Source: Flavobacterium sp. (lineage in GTDB: Bacteria; Bacteroidota; Bacteroidia; Flavobacteriales; Flavobacteriaceae). Taken from it: DNA of 64,000 nt. Each line of letters starts with the position of its first letter. Position 1 is the first letter of the stretch. The notes under the pieces are model-generated. The model was given only the letters and a program-made list of their open reading frames with translations. It had not been told where the DNA came from and made no database searches. Shown in pieces: positions 9,650-20,789 of the stretch. Where the stretch lies: contig NZ_SEBR01000002.1 in assembly GCF_004295795.1 (NCBI RefSeq), forward strand, positions 204,280-268,279. Reading direction: 5' to 3'. The translations under genes were made by a program, and so were the position numbers.

Positions 9650-11911
9650 ATGGCTTTTGATATTGAAATGATCAGAAAGGTATATGCGAATATGCCCGCT
9701 CGTGTAGACAAAGCTCGCGAGATTGTAGGCCGTCCGCTAACGCTTTCCGAAAAGATTTTATACAATCACCTTTGGGAAGGAATGCCGTCCCAAGCTTTTA
9801 CCCGTGGAAAGGATTACGTTGACTTCGCTCCAGACCGCGTGGCTTGCCAGGATGCGACTGCACAAATGGCACTTTTGCAGTTCATGCACGCCGGAAAAAA
9901 CAAGGTTGCCGTTCCAACTACGGTACATTGCGACCACTTGATCCAGGCGAAAGTCGATGCCAAGACAGATTTGGCGCGCGCAAAACAACAATCAAACGAG
10001 GTTTTCGACTTCCTTTCGTCGATCTCGAACAAATACGGAATCGGTTTCTGGAAGCCAGGCGCCGGAATCATCCACCAGGTTGTCCTTGAAAATTACGCAT
10101 TCCCGGGCGGAATGATGATCGGGACGGATTCGCACACGGTAAACGCCGGCGGACTCGGAATGGTTGCAATTGGCGTCGGTGGTGCCGATGCGGTTGACGT
10201 AATGTCAGGAATGGCTTGGGAATTGAAGTTCCCGAAACTCATCGGAGTACATTTGACAGGAAAATTGTCAGGTTGGACTGCTCCAAAAGACGTCATCCTA
10301 AAAGTGGCCGGAATCCTTACCGTTAAAGGTGGAACCGGAGCGATCGTGGAATATTTCGGAGAAGGTGCAAAGGCAATGTCTTGTACTGGAAAAGGAACGA
10401 TCTGTAATATGGGTGCCGAAATCGGGGCGACGACTTCAACTTTCGGATACGACGACTCGATGGATCGTTACCTGCGTTCGACTGGTCGCGCCGATGTAGC
10501 CGATGCCGCCAACGAAGTAGCCGATTATCTGACTGCCGATGCTGAAGTTTACGCGAATCCGGAGCAATATTTCGACCAGATCATCGAAATCAACCTTTCG
10601 GAATTGGAGCCGCATTTGAACGGACCATTCACTCCAGATTTGGCCACGCCGATTTCGAAAATGAAAGAGGAAGCGATCAAAAACGATTGGCCGCTTCAAA
10701 TCCAGGTAGGTCTTATCGGATCCTGTACCAACTCGTCTTACGAAGACATCGCGCGTTCGGCTTCGCTGGCCAAACAAGTCGCCGACAAAAAACTAAAGAC
10801 CAAAGCGCAGTTCACGATCACTCCGGGTTCAGAAGTAGTTCGCTACACGATCGAGCGCGACGGATTCATCGATATTTTCGACAAGATCAACGCGACGGTT
10901 TTCGCAAACGCCTGCGGACCGTGTATCGGAATGTGGGATCGCGAAGGAGCCGAAAAAGAAGAGAGAAACACGATCGTTCACTCTTTCAACCGCAACTTCT
11001 CGAAACGCGCTGACGGTAACCCGAACACCTTGGCGTTCGTCGGTTCGCCGGAATTGGTCACAGCTTTGGCAATCGCCGGAGATTTGTCTTTCAACCCGCT
11101 GACTGACACGCTTATCAACGAAGACGGAGAAGAAGTGAGATTGGACGAGCCGACAGGAAACGAATTGCCTCCAAAAGGTTTCGACGCCGACGATCCGGGT
11201 TATCAAGCGCCAGCTGCCGACGGTTCGGGAGTTCAGGTTGCCGTTAGTCCAACTTCAGAACGTTTGCAACTGCTTGAGCCGTTCGATCCGTGGGATCACA
11301 AAAATATCACAGGAGCGAAATTGCTTATCAAAGCCTTCGGAAAATGTACAACCGACCACATTTCAATGGCCGGACCATGGTTGCGCTTCCGCGGACACTT
11401 GGACAACATTTCCAACAACATGCTTATTGGAGCGATCAACGCCTACAACATGAAAGCCAACTCGATCAAGAATGAATTGACTGGCGAATACGATGCGGTT
11501 CCGGCTGTTCAGCGCGATTACAAGGCGCACGGCATTCCGTCAATCGTTGTTGGTGATCATAACTACGGTGAAGGTTCGTCCCGCGAGCACGCTGCGATGG
11601 AGCCGCGTTTCCTTGGTGTGAAAGCTGTTTTGGTGAAATCGTTCGCACGTATCCACGAAACGAACTTGAAAAAGCAGGGAATGTTGGCACTTACGTTCGC
11701 TAACGAAGCAGATTATGACTTGATCCAGGAAGGCGACGTGATCAATTTCCTTGACCTTACGGAATTCGCTCCGAACAAGCAATTGACTTTGGAATTCGTC
11801 CACAAAGACGGATCGAAAGACATCATCATGACAAACCACACTTACAACGCCGGCCAGATCGGTTGGTTCGTTGCAGGTTCGGCTTTGAATTTGATCGCTG
11901 CCGAAGCTTAA
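9650..11911 (+). CDS. acnA: Aconitate hydratase (mitochondrial-like type)
   Basis: [58 protein letters not shown]; 753 aa. Confidence 0.96.
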   Translation: MAFDIEMIRKVYANMPARVDKAREIVGRPLTLSEKILYNHLWEGMPSQAFTRGKDYVDFAPDRVACQDATAQMALLQFMHAGKNKVAVPTTVHCDHLIQAKVDAKTDLARAKQQSNEVFDFLSSISNKYGIGFWKPGAGIIHQVVLENYAFPGGMMIGTDSHTVNAGGLGMVAIGVGGADAVDVMSGMAWELKFPKLIGVHLTGKLSGWTAPKDVILKVAGILTVKGGTGAIVEYFGEGAKAMSCTGKGTICNMGAEIGATTSTFGYDDSMDRYLRSTGRADVADAANEVADYLTADAEVYANPEQYFDQIIEINLSELEPHLNGPFTPDLATPISKMKEEAIKNDWPLQIQVGLIGSCTNSSYEDIARSASLAKQVADKKLKTKAQFTITPGSEVVRYTIERDGFIDIFDKINATVFANACGPCIGMWDREGAEKEERNTIVHSFNRNFSKRADGNPNTLAFVGSPELVTALAIAGDLSFNPLTDTLINEDGEEVRLDEPTGNELPPKGFDADDPGYQAPAADGSGVQVAVSPTSERLQLLEPFDPWDHKNITGAKLLIKAFGKCTTDHISMAGPWLRFRGHLDNISNNMLIGAINAYNMKANSIKNELTGEYDAVPAVQRDYKAHGIPSIVVGDHNYGEGSSREHAAMEPRFLGVKAVLVKSFARIHETNLKKQGMLALTFANEADYDLIQEGDVINFLDLTEFAPNKQLTLEFVHKDGSKDIIMTNHTYNAGQIGWFVAGSALNLIAAEA

Positions 11912-11932
11912 TCGGCATCCGCTATAAAAAAG

Positions 11933-11960
11933 AAGCCTCTCGAAATCGGGGGGCTTTTTT
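11933..11960 (+). terminator. Intrinsic terminator
   Basis: AAGCCTCTCG-AAAT-CGGGGGGCTT followed by a T run. Confidence 0.75.
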
Positions 11961-11963
11961 GTT

Positions 11964-12524
11964 TTATGTTTTTTCGGAAGCTTTTCGTTTGTAAAAAAGA
12001 AGGATTGCGCCCGAATCAAAAGTGTGTGATTTGAGTAGCTCAAAGACAGTTCTGTCGTTGATCTCGTCGAACAGCGGCAAACCTTTCCCGACGATTACCG
12101 GGTGCACGCAAAGCTGGAATTCGTCGATCAAATCGAGATTGGTGAGTTGCACGATCAGGCTTCGGCTGCAAACCAATACGTCTTTGGAAGGTTTTTGTTT
12201 GAGTTCGGATACTGTTTTTTCGAGCGATTCGTCGGCTAAAGACGCAGATTTCCAATCGGAGTTTTGCATCGTTTTCGAGAAGACGATTTTGGGCGTTTTG
12301 TCCATCGTCGCGGCAAATTCGTCCATTGATTTTTCTCCTGTCGGATGCTCGACGAAAGGCCGCCAATATTCCATGAGCCCAAACGTTTTACGTCCGTAAA
12401 GCACAACTTCGCAATCGTCAAGCAACTTTTTGTAGTGATCGTGGATTTGCTCATCGGGCGACATGCCTTCGTGATCGCAAAACCCGTCGATCGTCATGTT
12501 TATCGCGGCGACTATCTTTCCCAT
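11964..12524 (-). CDS. Dihydrofolate reductase family (RibD C-terminal-like) protein
   Basis: INMTIDGF, LYGRKTF, KIVFSKT, LIDEFQLCVHPVIVGKGLPLF. Confidence 0.88.
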   Translation of the reverse strand: MGKIVAAINMTIDGFCDHEGMSPDEQIHDHYKKLLDDCEVVLYGRKTFGLMEYWRPFVEHPTGEKSMDEFAATMDKTPKIVFSKTMQNSDWKSASLADESLEKTVSELKQKPSKDVLVCSRSLIVQLTNLDLIDEFQLCVHPVIVGKGLPLFDEINDRTVFELLKSHTFDSGAILLFYKRKASEKT

Positions 12525-12525
12525 T

Positions 12526-13176
12526 TCATCGCGATTTTTTTAGAACCATCGTCACGAAATGCCTTCTGATGTGATGTCCCGTTTTGCTCATGACGTCCTC
12601 GAATTGCCGATCGATTCTTGCAAGTTCGAAATTCGTCTGCGGAAGCAATTTCTCGATGTCTTCGGGCATGTAAAGATTGAAAACGCAATCAGTGAACGCC
12701 AATTGTTCCATCGAATCTCTTTCGGCGAAAGTCAGGCAAAAAATGCCATCCGGTTTCAAAACGCGTGAGATCTCGTTTAGCATTTTGACGACATCGGGCC
12801 AAAAATACAGTGTGTTTGCCGTAAATGCTTTATCGAAGAAATTGTCGGCTCTCGGGATTTTTTCCCCGTCGTAAAGCTCGAAACAAATGCCGTTTGATCC
12901 TTGGTTCAAGCGTTTGGCTTCGGAATGCATCGTCTCGGAAATCTCGAAACCTTCGTACCGGATCTGGTCAGCGCGTTCCAGCAATTCGCCAAGGTGGCCG
13001 CAGTTTCCGTGGCCCAATTCCATAACCGAATCGTTGTTGACAAGGTTCAAATTGGCAATCGAGTTCCGCGTCATGCCGATGTTTGTCTCGTTCATGTTCT
13101 CGGCCAGATGAATCCCGAATTCTCCGTCCGGATGGCTCAATTGCATAGCCAGATGATGTAGCTCTTCGTTGGTCAT
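12526..13176 (-). CDS. Class I SAM-dependent methyltransferase
   Basis: VMELGHGNC motif I, FDKAFTANTLYFW, RVLKPDG. Confidence 0.85.
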   Translation of the reverse strand: MTNEELHHLAMQLSHPDGEFGIHLAENMNETNIGMTRNSIANLNLVNNDSVMELGHGNCGHLGELLERADQIRYEGFEISETMHSEAKRLNQGSNGICFELYDGEKIPRADNFFDKAFTANTLYFWPDVVKMLNEISRVLKPDGIFCLTFAERDSMEQLAFTDCVFNLYMPEDIEKLLPQTNFELARIDRQFEDVMSKTGHHIRRHFVTMVLKKSR

Positions 13177-13892
13177 GGCATCAGGATAATCAGTTCGTTT
13201 CTTACATTTCCGTTTTCCAGCGTGATGATCCTGTACCCGAAATAGTCGGCGTGGGCTTCGATTTCCTGCGTGCCTTTTTTGACCTGATAGGAAGCCGCGG
13301 GCGTTTCATATTGCGAGATCGCGCCGCTTCCGGTTTCGTCCTCGCAATGGTAATGTCCGCAGAAAATAAAAACTTCGTGCTCCTGATTTTCCAAAAGTTC
13401 GCGAACGGCATCGCGGTTTTTGAGCGGATACTTGCGATCGACATAACTGTCAACCTCGAAAATCGGGTGGTGGATGAACAGCACTATCTTGAGTTGATTC
13501 CCGTCCAGTTTTTCCTTGAGCCAATGCAGTTGCGACTTGCTGATCTCATCCGAAGAAGAATCCAAAAACAGGTAAAGGAAATTCTCGTCGCGAAAGCTAT
13601 AATACAACTCCGACAGATCGACGTTTTCGGGATTCGGGAAATGCTGAAGCAATTTGGGAACGACGTCGTGGTTTCCCGGAATGATCTGGAATCGGCCTTC
13701 GTATGCCTTCAAGTCTGTAAAGAAATCCGAATAATACAGGGCATCCGAAATATCGCCACCAATCACGATCTGGTCGATTTGCCTGTGAGATAAATCTGCC
13801 AAAACCTTTTTCCAATGCGACATTTGGTCGACAGTCACGGGAAGTTTTTCCTCGAGATGCGTATCCGTGATGAAAGCGATCGTTTTTTTCAT
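13173..13892 (-). CDS. Calcineurin-like metallophosphoesterase (Icc/CpdA-like)
   Basis: ITDTH, GGDIS, PGNHD, IHHP, FCGHYH. Confidence 0.88.
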   Translation of the reverse strand: MKKTIAFITDTHLEEKLPVTVDQMSHWKKVLADLSHRQIDQIVIGGDISDALYYSDFFTDLKAYEGRFQIIPGNHDVVPKLLQHFPNPENVDLSELYYSFRDENFLYLFLDSSSDEISKSQLHWLKEKLDGNQLKIVLFIHHPIFEVDSYVDRKYPLKNRDAVRELLENQEHEVFIFCGHYHCEDETGSGAISQYETPAASYQVKKGTQEIEAHADYFGYRIITLENGNVRNELIILMP

Positions 13893-13949
13893 GCCTCAAT
13901 TTACGAATTGGCGGTTAAACAAATTGGCGGTTTATGACGATTTTAGTAC

Positions 13950-13987
13950 AAAAAAAAGCCCCGAAAACAATTTGCTTTCGGGGCTTC
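13950..13987 (-). terminator. Intrinsic terminator of the T9SS protein gene
   Basis: A8-GCCCCGAAA...TTTCGGGGC. Confidence 0.8.
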
Positions 13988-14004
13988 AGCTAGTTTGAAA
14001 TCAA

Positions 14005-17000
14005 TTATTTCTTGATGATCTTGAAGGTTTCGGAAGCGTTGCCCGAAGAAACTTTCACGAGGAATGTTCCCGCCGGAAGACGCGTCATGTCAAGCTGTGT
14101 CGAAGTCGCGCTCACGTTTTTCGAGATCACGATCTGTCCGATGATGTTGAAAACCTGCACCTCGCTCAATTGGTCGGTGTACTCGACGTTCAGAATGTCG
14201 TTCACAGGATTCGGGTAAACCTTGAATTTGGCGTGCCCAAGATCGCGTGTTCCCAATTCGGTAACCGAAATGCAGTCAGAAGTGACTGAACATTCGCCAA
14301 CCGTAATCACGACATAGTAATCGCCAACAACAGTCGGAGTGAAGGTTTGCCCGGTTTCGCCGGCAATCGCCAAAGTGGAGCAGGTGAACCATTGATAAGT
14401 CGCGCCGGTTTGCGTCGCATTGACGATTCCGCCGTTTTGGGTAACCGATGCGTTCGGGGCAGGATTTACGGTAAGCGAAGTCGCCGCCGATGCCACAGAA
14501 TCACAGCCGCCGTTGTTCACGACAACCGAATAGTTTCCGGCGTCAGAAACCGTGATCGATTGTGTAGTTTGTCCGTTTGACCATGTGTTTCCGGTCGCCG
14601 CCGATGAAGTCAGCACAACATTTCCACCTTGGCAGAAAGTCGTCGCTCCGGAGGTGGAAATCGTCGGAGTCGCAGGCAATGGAATGACCGTCGTGGTCAA
14701 AGTCACTGATGTCGCGCATTGGTTCGCGTTCGGCGTAAATGTGTAAGTTCCGCCAGTCGAGTTGTTGATTGTCGATGGATTCCAGGTTCCCGAAATTCCG
14801 TTTTGGGAAGTCGTCGCCAATGAAGGAGCCGAACTTCCGGCGCAAAACGTCAGGGCAGTAACGAAATTCGGAGTCGTCGGATTGTTGACCGTAACAGTCG
14901 TTCCCGCAGAAATCGCTGAACCGCAACCTGAGTTCGACACCGAAACTGTATAAGTTCCAGCGGTTGAAACCGTGATTGATTGCGTCGTCGCTCCGTTTGA
15001 CCAAGTATTTCCGGTCGTTGCCGATGAAGTCAAAACAACGTTTCCACCTTGGCAGAAAGTCGTCGCCCCAGAAGCAGAAATTGTCGGAGTGGCCGGAATC
15101 GGGTTAACCGTAACCAAAGTCGAAGCCGAAGTTGCAGACGAACATCCGGAATTTGAAACCGAAACTGAATATGTTCCAGAATCAGAAACCGTGATCGATT
15201 GTGTAGCTTGTCCATTTGACCAAGTATTTCCAGTCGTTGCAGACGAAGTCAAAACAACATTTCCACCTTGGCAGAAAGTCGTCGCTCCAGATGCAGAAAT
15301 CGTTGGAGTGGCCGGGATCGGATTAACCGTAACAGTCGTTCCCGCAGAAATCGCTGAACCGCAACCTGAACTCGTCACAGCAACCGTATAAGTTCCAGAA
15401 GTTGAAACCGTGATTGATTGCGTCGTCGCGCCATTTGACCAAGTATTTCCGGTCGTAGCCGATGAAGTCAAAACAACGTTTCCGCCTTGGCAGAAAGTCG
15501 TTGCGCCAGATGCAGAAATCGTCGGCGTAGTCGGAATCGGGTTAACCGTGACCGTCGTTCCCGCAGAGATTGCTGAACCACAACCTGAGTTCGACACCGA
15601 AACTGTATAAGTTCCAGCAGTTGAAACCGTGATTGATTGCGTCGTCGCTCCGTTTGACCAAGTATTTCCGGTCGTTGCAGATGAAGTCAAAACAACATTT
15701 CCACCTTGACAGAAAGTCGTTGCGCCAGATGCAGAAATCGTCGGAGTAGCAGGCGTCGGATTGACCGTAACCGTGATTCCGGTTGAAGTTGCAGACGTAC
15801 AAGTTCCATTGGTTACAGAAACCGAATAAGTTCCGGAAGTTGAAACCGTGATGAATTGCGCCGTCGCACCATTTGACCACAGGTTTCCGGTCGCCGCAGA
15901 CGAAATCAACGTCACATTTCCGCCTTGGCAAAAAGTCGTAGCTCCGGTTGCCGTGATTGTTGGCGTTGCAGGAAGTGGGTTAACCGTAACAGTCGTTCCC
16001 GCCGAAGCTGCAGACGTACATCCGCCGCTTGTCGTCGTTACCGAATATGTTCCAGAAGCCGAAACCGTGATAGACTGTGTCGTCGCGCCGTTTGACCAAA
16101 GATTTCCGGTGGCAATCGACGAAGTCAAAGTGACGCTTCCGCCTTGGCAGAATGTCGTATCGCCCGAAACTGAAACCGTCGGAGCAACCGGCAATGGCGT
16201 AACCGTAATCGTCGTTCCTGCCGATGTTCCGGAAGTACAACCTGAGTTTGTGACCGAAACCGTGTAAGTTCCTGAAGAAGTTACGGTGATCGATTGTGTT
16301 GTCGCGCCGTTTGACCAAACGTTTCCTGTCGTTGCAGATGAAGTCAAAACAACGTTTCCGCCTTGGCAGAAAGTCGTTGCGCCAGACGCAGAAATCGTCG
16401 GCGTGGCCGGAATCTGGTTAACCGTAACTGTCGTGGAAGCCGAAGCTGCCGAAGGACAAGTTCCGTTCGTTGTCGTAACTGAATATGCTCCGGATGCTGA
16501 AACCGTGATCGATTGTGTCGTGGCTCCGTTTGACCAAGTATTTCCGGTCGTGGCCGATGAGGTCAAAGTGACGCTTCCGCCTTGGCAGAAAGTTATCGCT
16601 CCCGAAGCTGAAATCGTCGGAGTTGCCGGAGCAGGATTTACCGTAACTGCTGTCGCAACCGATGGAGCGGAAGTACAAGTTCCGTTGTTGACCGAAACAG
16701 TGTAAGATCCGGAAGAAATAACTGTGATCGATTGCGTTGTCGCGCCCGTTGACCAAATGTTTCCTGTGGTTGACGATGAGGTCAAAGTGACGCTTCCGCC
16801 TTGGCAGAAAGTCGTCGTTCCCGAGGCGGAAATCGCAGGCAAAATTGCCGAGAAAGTCGCGCTGATCGTGTGATTGGCAGCAACTCCCGTAAAAGTATAG
16901 GTGGCAATCGTGCCTTGTGAAATGCCGTCGACCAAAACACTTTGGATCGTGTATCCGCAGTTGGCCGTAATGGTGTAAGTTTGGTTCATTCCCGTAGGAA

Positions 17001-19632
17001 CAGTTGTCGTTCCCGCAGGAGAAATCGTTCCGTTTGTTCCGGCAGAAGCCGAGATCGCGAATCCGGCAACGTTGCTTTCGCTTGCGCCAGGCGTCGGAGT
17101 CAAAGGATTTCTCGGCAAACAATCGATGTCGGTCGTGACACTTGCAATCGGTGCTCCGATGCCGTCAATCGTCGGATTGCTTCCCGCCACGAGGTGCAAG
17201 TCGTTGTTTGAAGCAAAAACCGGTTGCACTTCGATCGAGTTGGCGTCTTTTGCAGTCGCTGCGGTCCAGGCGGCCAAAGTCGCATAGCTCGTCCCCGCAT
17301 TGTTTACAAGACCGCCAGAGCGGAAACCGCCGTCCTGAACGCCACCGCTGAAAAATACGTTATTGTTTGAAACAAGGTTGACGAAAGTCGTGCTCAATGT
17401 TCCGAACGCGTAAGTTTTAACAGCACCTCCGCCAGTAGCGATCTGTGTCGTTGAAACGATATTGTTTCTCATTTCCAAAGAAGGATCGAGACCCGAAAGC
17501 GCGATGCCGTAACTTGGCGATTGGTTGGAAACCGAGCCGCGATCGCCGTACAGGTTGATCGTGTTGTTATAGAGTTTGGTGACCGATGCAACGGCACCTA
17601 CAACCCAGATTCCAGCGACATTATAAGTATTCTGTGACAAACCCGATACGTTGCTGATCATGTTGTTCTGCACGACGTTCGGAGCGCCTGATGCCGTTCC
17701 GGAAATCGCGATTCCTGCTGTTGAACCGCCCAAGTCTACGGTGCTTACGACGCCCGTTATCCAGTTGTTGGCGACCAAAGCACCGCTGATTCCGCCACTG
17801 CTTACCGTGTTTGCATACGCCTGGGCCGCCCCAATGGCCAAACCTACTGTTTCGCTGGCGCTGCTGCCTGTAATGTTGTTCACGTATACTTTGTTGAACG
17901 TCACCTGCGGATTCGCCTCGAAAAAGATGTAGACGCCGTTTCTGGAAACGCGGTCTGCTCCCGTTCCGGTGATGTCGTTTTGGGTAACCACCAAATTGCT
18001 GTTCTGGTTCGATGTGCTTACGCCTGTCGAGTAGATTCCGATGGAGGTTTTTCTGGGCGCGCAATTTTCGATGCGGTTGTTTTCATTGTGCGCAGCAGAC
18101 GGAACCGCAATCGAATTTGGAAACACGCGGAACATAATGCCGTAGCCGTTGGCAGGCGAATATCCTACAGTGTTGACATTCTTGACGGTATTGTTGTTTG
18201 CGCCGGCTGCCTGCGATTGAAACAAGAGTACCGCAGAAGTTCCGGCCGTATTGTTCACAAAAGTGAGTTGTCGCAAAGAAGCGTCTCCACCGATCTGGCA
18301 ACTTGCAGCCGTTGCTCCCGTGAGCGATCCGTTGATGGTTACGTTGTCTGTTCCTTCGAATCGGATCAAACCAAGATTGTCGATGCTGTTGCTTACCGAG
18401 CCGGTTACGGTTCTCGCAGCGCCGAAAGGCTGGATCAAAACAGCGTGTCCGCCAGCGATTTCATTGAGTGGAATGTTTCCGGTTTCACCCGTCAAGTCAG
18501 AGATGATGTTGATGGTAAGCGGTCCGGAAACGCCGGCAATGTTCGTGTTGATCTTTTGGAAAATTCCGCCCGCGTTGGTAAGAGACGGATAATCGCCTCC
18601 GTTTCCAACGGTGTAAGTTCCCTGCATCGGAGGCAAAACATCGATGATTGTAAGTGTAGCGGTTGCGCCGTTGGCAATTGTCGTGTTCGTCGGATTTGAA
18701 AGTGTCAGCGTAAGCGTTTCGCCATTGTCGAGCACAAAGTCGGCATTGATAGGAACACTTATGGTTTTTGGCGTGTTGTCGCCGTCAGCCCAGGATAGAG
18801 TTCCCGCAACCGCGGTGTAATCTGATCCCGCGGTAGCCGTTGCGTCGCTTGTGGCATAATTTACCGAGATCGCGCCCGTCGATCCGCCATTTCGATTTAC
18901 CAAAATGGTTGCAGTCGTGTTTTCGGAAGCGTTGAATTGGGCGTTGTCAAAAGAAACATTGCCCGCTTGTCCGGTCGCAGTGTAAAGCAATTGGATGTTC
19001 GGTTTCCTGCTTTGCGGAACGCCGTATTGGTTGTTGTTGAACGGAGAGCTGAACGCGTACCAAGTCATCGAGCAGTTGTTCGAACCCGAAGACCACCTGA
19101 ATTGTTTGGCGTTCGAAAATTCCGTGTTGTTCGTTCCGGCATTCGTCTCGACGACAACCTCGATGTTGTTTCCGGAGTAAGTAAATGGCGTTTGGAACGG
19201 AATGTAAATCCAGCGACCCGTCACGAAATTCGCAGCCGGCAAAGTTCCCGAATAAACCACGGCCGAAGCCGAATAGACATTCGAATAAATCGACGAAGTA
19301 TAACCGCCTGAACCTGTTCCGGCATTGCTCATGCACAGTTTGACAGGTGTATTTTTCGGAGTGCCGGACGAAGCTTGCATGTAATAGCGAATGCCTGTGA
19401 CGATTGATCCGGCAGGCATATTCAACTCGGCGGCATTGTAAATCGAAGCCACGCGGTCGTGCGCATAAGAGCAACCCAATGGACGCTCGTCAACTGAGTT
19501 GTAAGTGTTTCCCGCGGGAATCGTCAATTGGGAAAAAACCGTCTGGCAGCAAAGCAAAAGCGCCAGGATCGAGAAAAGGGAAAATCGCGAAAGCCACGTT
19601 TTTTCCTTCACGGAAAGGTAATTCTGTTTCAA
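14005..19632 (-). CDS. 1875-aa T9SS-secreted adhesin-like protein (Calx-beta, probable beta-helix, InlB-B-like, Ig-like repeats, type A CTD)
   Basis: TTG start and signal peptide; Calx-beta (VNYATSDATATAGSDY); ten 73-aa repeats; C-terminal FKVYPNP...NIIGQIV...TFKIIKK. Confidence 0.9.
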   Translation of the reverse strand: MKQNYLSVKEKTWLSRFSLFSILALLLCCQTVFSQLTIPAGNTYNSVDERPLGCSYAHDRVASIYNAAELNMPAGSIVTGIRYYMQASSGTPKNTPVKLCMSNAGTGSGGYTSSIYSNVYSASAVVYSGTLPAANFVTGRWIYIPFQTPFTYSGNNIEVVVETNAGTNNTEFSNAKQFRWSSGSNNCSMTWYAFSSPFNNNQYGVPQSRKPNIQLLYTATGQAGNVSFDNAQFNASENTTATILVNRNGGSTGAISVNYATSDATATAGSDYTAVAGTLSWADGDNTPKTISVPINADFVLDNGETLTLTLSNPTNTTIANGATATLTIIDVLPPMQGTYTVGNGGDYPSLTNAGGIFQKINTNIAGVSGPLTINIISDLTGETGNIPLNEIAGGHAVLIQPFGAARTVTGSVSNSIDNLGLIRFEGTDNVTINGSLTGATAASCQIGGDASLRQLTFVNNTAGTSAVLLFQSQAAGANNNTVKNVNTVGYSPANGYGIMFRVFPNSIAVPSAAHNENNRIENCAPRKTSIGIYSTGVSTSNQNSNLVVTQNDITGTGADRVSRNGVYIFFEANPQVTFNKVYVNNITGSSASETVGLAIGAAQAYANTVSSGGISGALVANNWITGVVSTVDLGGSTAGIAISGTASGAPNVVQNNMISNVSGLSQNTYNVAGIWVVGAVASVTKLYNNTINLYGDRGSVSNQSPSYGIALSGLDPSLEMRNNIVSTTQIATGGGAVKTYAFGTLSTTFVNLVSNNNVFFSGGVQDGGFRSGGLVNNAGTSYATLAAWTAATAKDANSIEVQPVFASNNDLHLVAGSNPTIDGIGAPIASVTTDIDCLPRNPLTPTPGASESNVAGFAISASAGTNGTISPAGTTTVPTGMNQTYTITANCGYTIQSVLVDGISQGTIATYTFTGVAANHTISATFSAILPAISASGTTTFCQGGSVTLTSSSTTGNIWSTGATTQSITVISSGSYTVSVNNGTCTSAPSVATAVTVNPAPATPTISASGAITFCQGGSVTLTSSATTGNTWSNGATTQSITVSASGAYSVTTTNGTCPSAASASTTVTVNQIPATPTISASGATTFCQGGNVVLTSSATTGNVWSNGATTQSITVTSSGTYTVSVTNSGCTSGTSAGTTITVTPLPVAPTVSVSGDTTFCQGGSVTLTSSIATGNLWSNGATTQSITVSASGTYSVTTTSGGCTSAASAGTTVTVNPLPATPTITATGATTFCQGGNVTLISSAATGNLWSNGATAQFITVSTSGTYSVSVTNGTCTSATSTGITVTVNPTPATPTISASGATTFCQGGNVVLTSSATTGNTWSNGATTQSITVSTAGTYTVSVSNSGCGSAISAGTTVTVNPIPTTPTISASGATTFCQGGNVVLTSSATTGNTWSNGATTQSITVSTSGTYTVAVTSSGCGSAISAGTTVTVNPIPATPTISASGATTFCQGGNVVLTSSATTGNTWSNGQATQSITVSDSGTYSVSVSNSGCSSATSASTLVTVNPIPATPTISASGATTFCQGGNVVLTSSATTGNTWSNGATTQSITVSTAGTYTVSVSNSGCGSAISAGTTVTVNNPTTPNFVTALTFCAGSSAPSLATTSQNGISGTWNPSTINNSTGGTYTFTPNANQCATSVTLTTTVIPLPATPTISTSGATTFCQGGNVVLTSSAATGNTWSNGQTTQSITVSDAGNYSVVVNNGGCDSVASAATSLTVNPAPNASVTQNGGIVNATQTGATYQWFTCSTLAIAGETGQTFTPTVVGDYYVVITVGECSVTSDCISVTELGTRDLGHAKFKVYPNPVNDILNVEYTDQLSEVQVFNIIGQIVISKNVSATSTQLDMTRLPAGTFLVKVSSGNASETFKIIKK
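14461..16842 (-). repeat. Ten 219-bp intragenic Ig-like repeats (plus one divergent unit)
   Basis: PATPTISASGATTFCQGGNVVLTSSATTGNTWSNGATTQSITV...C...TVTVNP repeated; antisense ORFs recur at 219/438-bp spacing. Confidence 0.9.
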
Positions 19633-19958
19633 AATCGTTGTAGTTTAATTGTTCGTTGATTGAATGGATTTTGTAAAAAAAATCCCGCAAAGATAGGAAA
19701 TAAATAGTTGGGGTTTTTGCGTTACTGATTTTTTTATGTAGAAAATAATGTTACGGTTACAAGCTGATTTCGACGCGATAAGCCGAGTTTGCTTAGTGCC
19801 CATTTTACTGCAAGTTTATCGAATTCGGCAGCTGAAAATCGGGCGGATGAACAAACGTCGCTTTTGGTCGTAGAAGCGTCGGGAATTTCAGGAAATCCGT
19901 TTTTGGCATTGGCAATCCAAATTAAATTGTTAGTATTGACAACCTTAAAACCAGTAAA

Positions 19959-20240
19959 ATGAAAACATTCAAATCGTTCGCAGCCCTTGTGTTGGTTGCT
20001 TTCGCGACAATGTCCGCCACGGTCGACGCCGGATATTTCGACGTGTACCTAAAAAACAACTGCGGAAAAGAAGTAGAAGTCCGCGTTCGCGCCGACGGAT
20101 CTTCGTCGACAAGCAAGTACAAATCTGGAGAGAAAACCAAAGTGCCAGTAAAAGCAGGTTACGAGGTTTACGTCGACGGAAAACTGCTGCAGAAGTTCGC
20201 CGACAGCGACAGCGGAAAGGAAATCAACCTTTGCAAGTAA
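19959..20240 (+). CDS. Small secreted hypothetical protein (93 aa, two Cys)
   Basis: Signal peptide MKTFKSFAALVLVAFATMSA; own terminator downstream. Confidence 0.8.
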   Translation: MKTFKSFAALVLVAFATMSATVDAGYFDVYLKNNCGKEVEVRVRADGSSSTSKYKSGEKTKVPVKAGYEVYVDGKLLQKFADSDSGKEINLCK

Positions 20241-20246
20241 CAATGA

Positions 20247-20273
20247 GTCCACTTTCGAGTGGATTTTTTTTTT
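20247..20273 (+). terminator. Intrinsic terminator (UUCG loop)
   Basis: TCCACT-TTCG-AGTGGA-T10. Confidence 0.85.
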
Positions 20274-20477
20274 GTCCGGATGAAACCGATATCATGAATC
20301 GGAAACCTGCGGAAATTCGCAAATTCGCGGTTGAGAATAATCGCCGCGACCCAAGCAACGCGAACTGGCGCAAGCAATGCACGAATTGTTGGAGTGCAAA
20401 ATCACATCGATAAATCAGCGGCAAAACAAAATAGCAGCGCCAATCATCCGTAAATTTGGCATCCTAAAACAACCACA

Positions 20478-20789
20478 ATGGATTTCTCCGAACTCAAAAA
20501 CCGCTCCCGCGAAATCAGGGAAGCGTATCATAAATTGGAAGTCGCGCACCACGGCAGCAAGTGGTCGGTCGAAGAAGATGCTTTGGCGTTTTTGACCGAT
20601 GCGGCTTTGGTCGGACGCCAGGTCATGTCGCACGAAGGTCGCTGGCCAAAAGCAAATACGCAGGACGAACTCAAGCACAAAATCGGCGAAAGCATTTGGT
20701 GGCTCACAGTTTTGTCCGACAGAATGGGAATCGACATCGAATCGGCTACGACCGAATTTTTATCCAAAACAGAAAAAATCGTAAAATGA
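20478..20789 (+). CDS. MazG-like nucleotide pyrophosphohydrolase family protein
   Basis: WSVEEDALAFLTDAALVG...LKHKIGESIWWL...GIDIE all-alpha NTP-PPase pattern. Confidence 0.7.
   Translation: MDFSELKNRSREIREAYHKLEVAHHGSKWSVEEDALAFLTDAALVGRQVMSHEGRWPKANTQDELKHKIGESIWWLTVLSDRMGIDIESATTEFLSKTEKIVK

Noticed and set aside
14461-16842. Diversity-generating retroelement template/variable repeats
   Set aside because: No reverse transcriptase; the repeats are tandem in-frame domains and differences are not adenine-specific.
20280-20470. Possible ncRNA or small ORF upstream of the MazG-like gene
   Set aside because: Only one short stem (CGCGG/CCGCG) and no coherent ORF or promoter-terminator pair.
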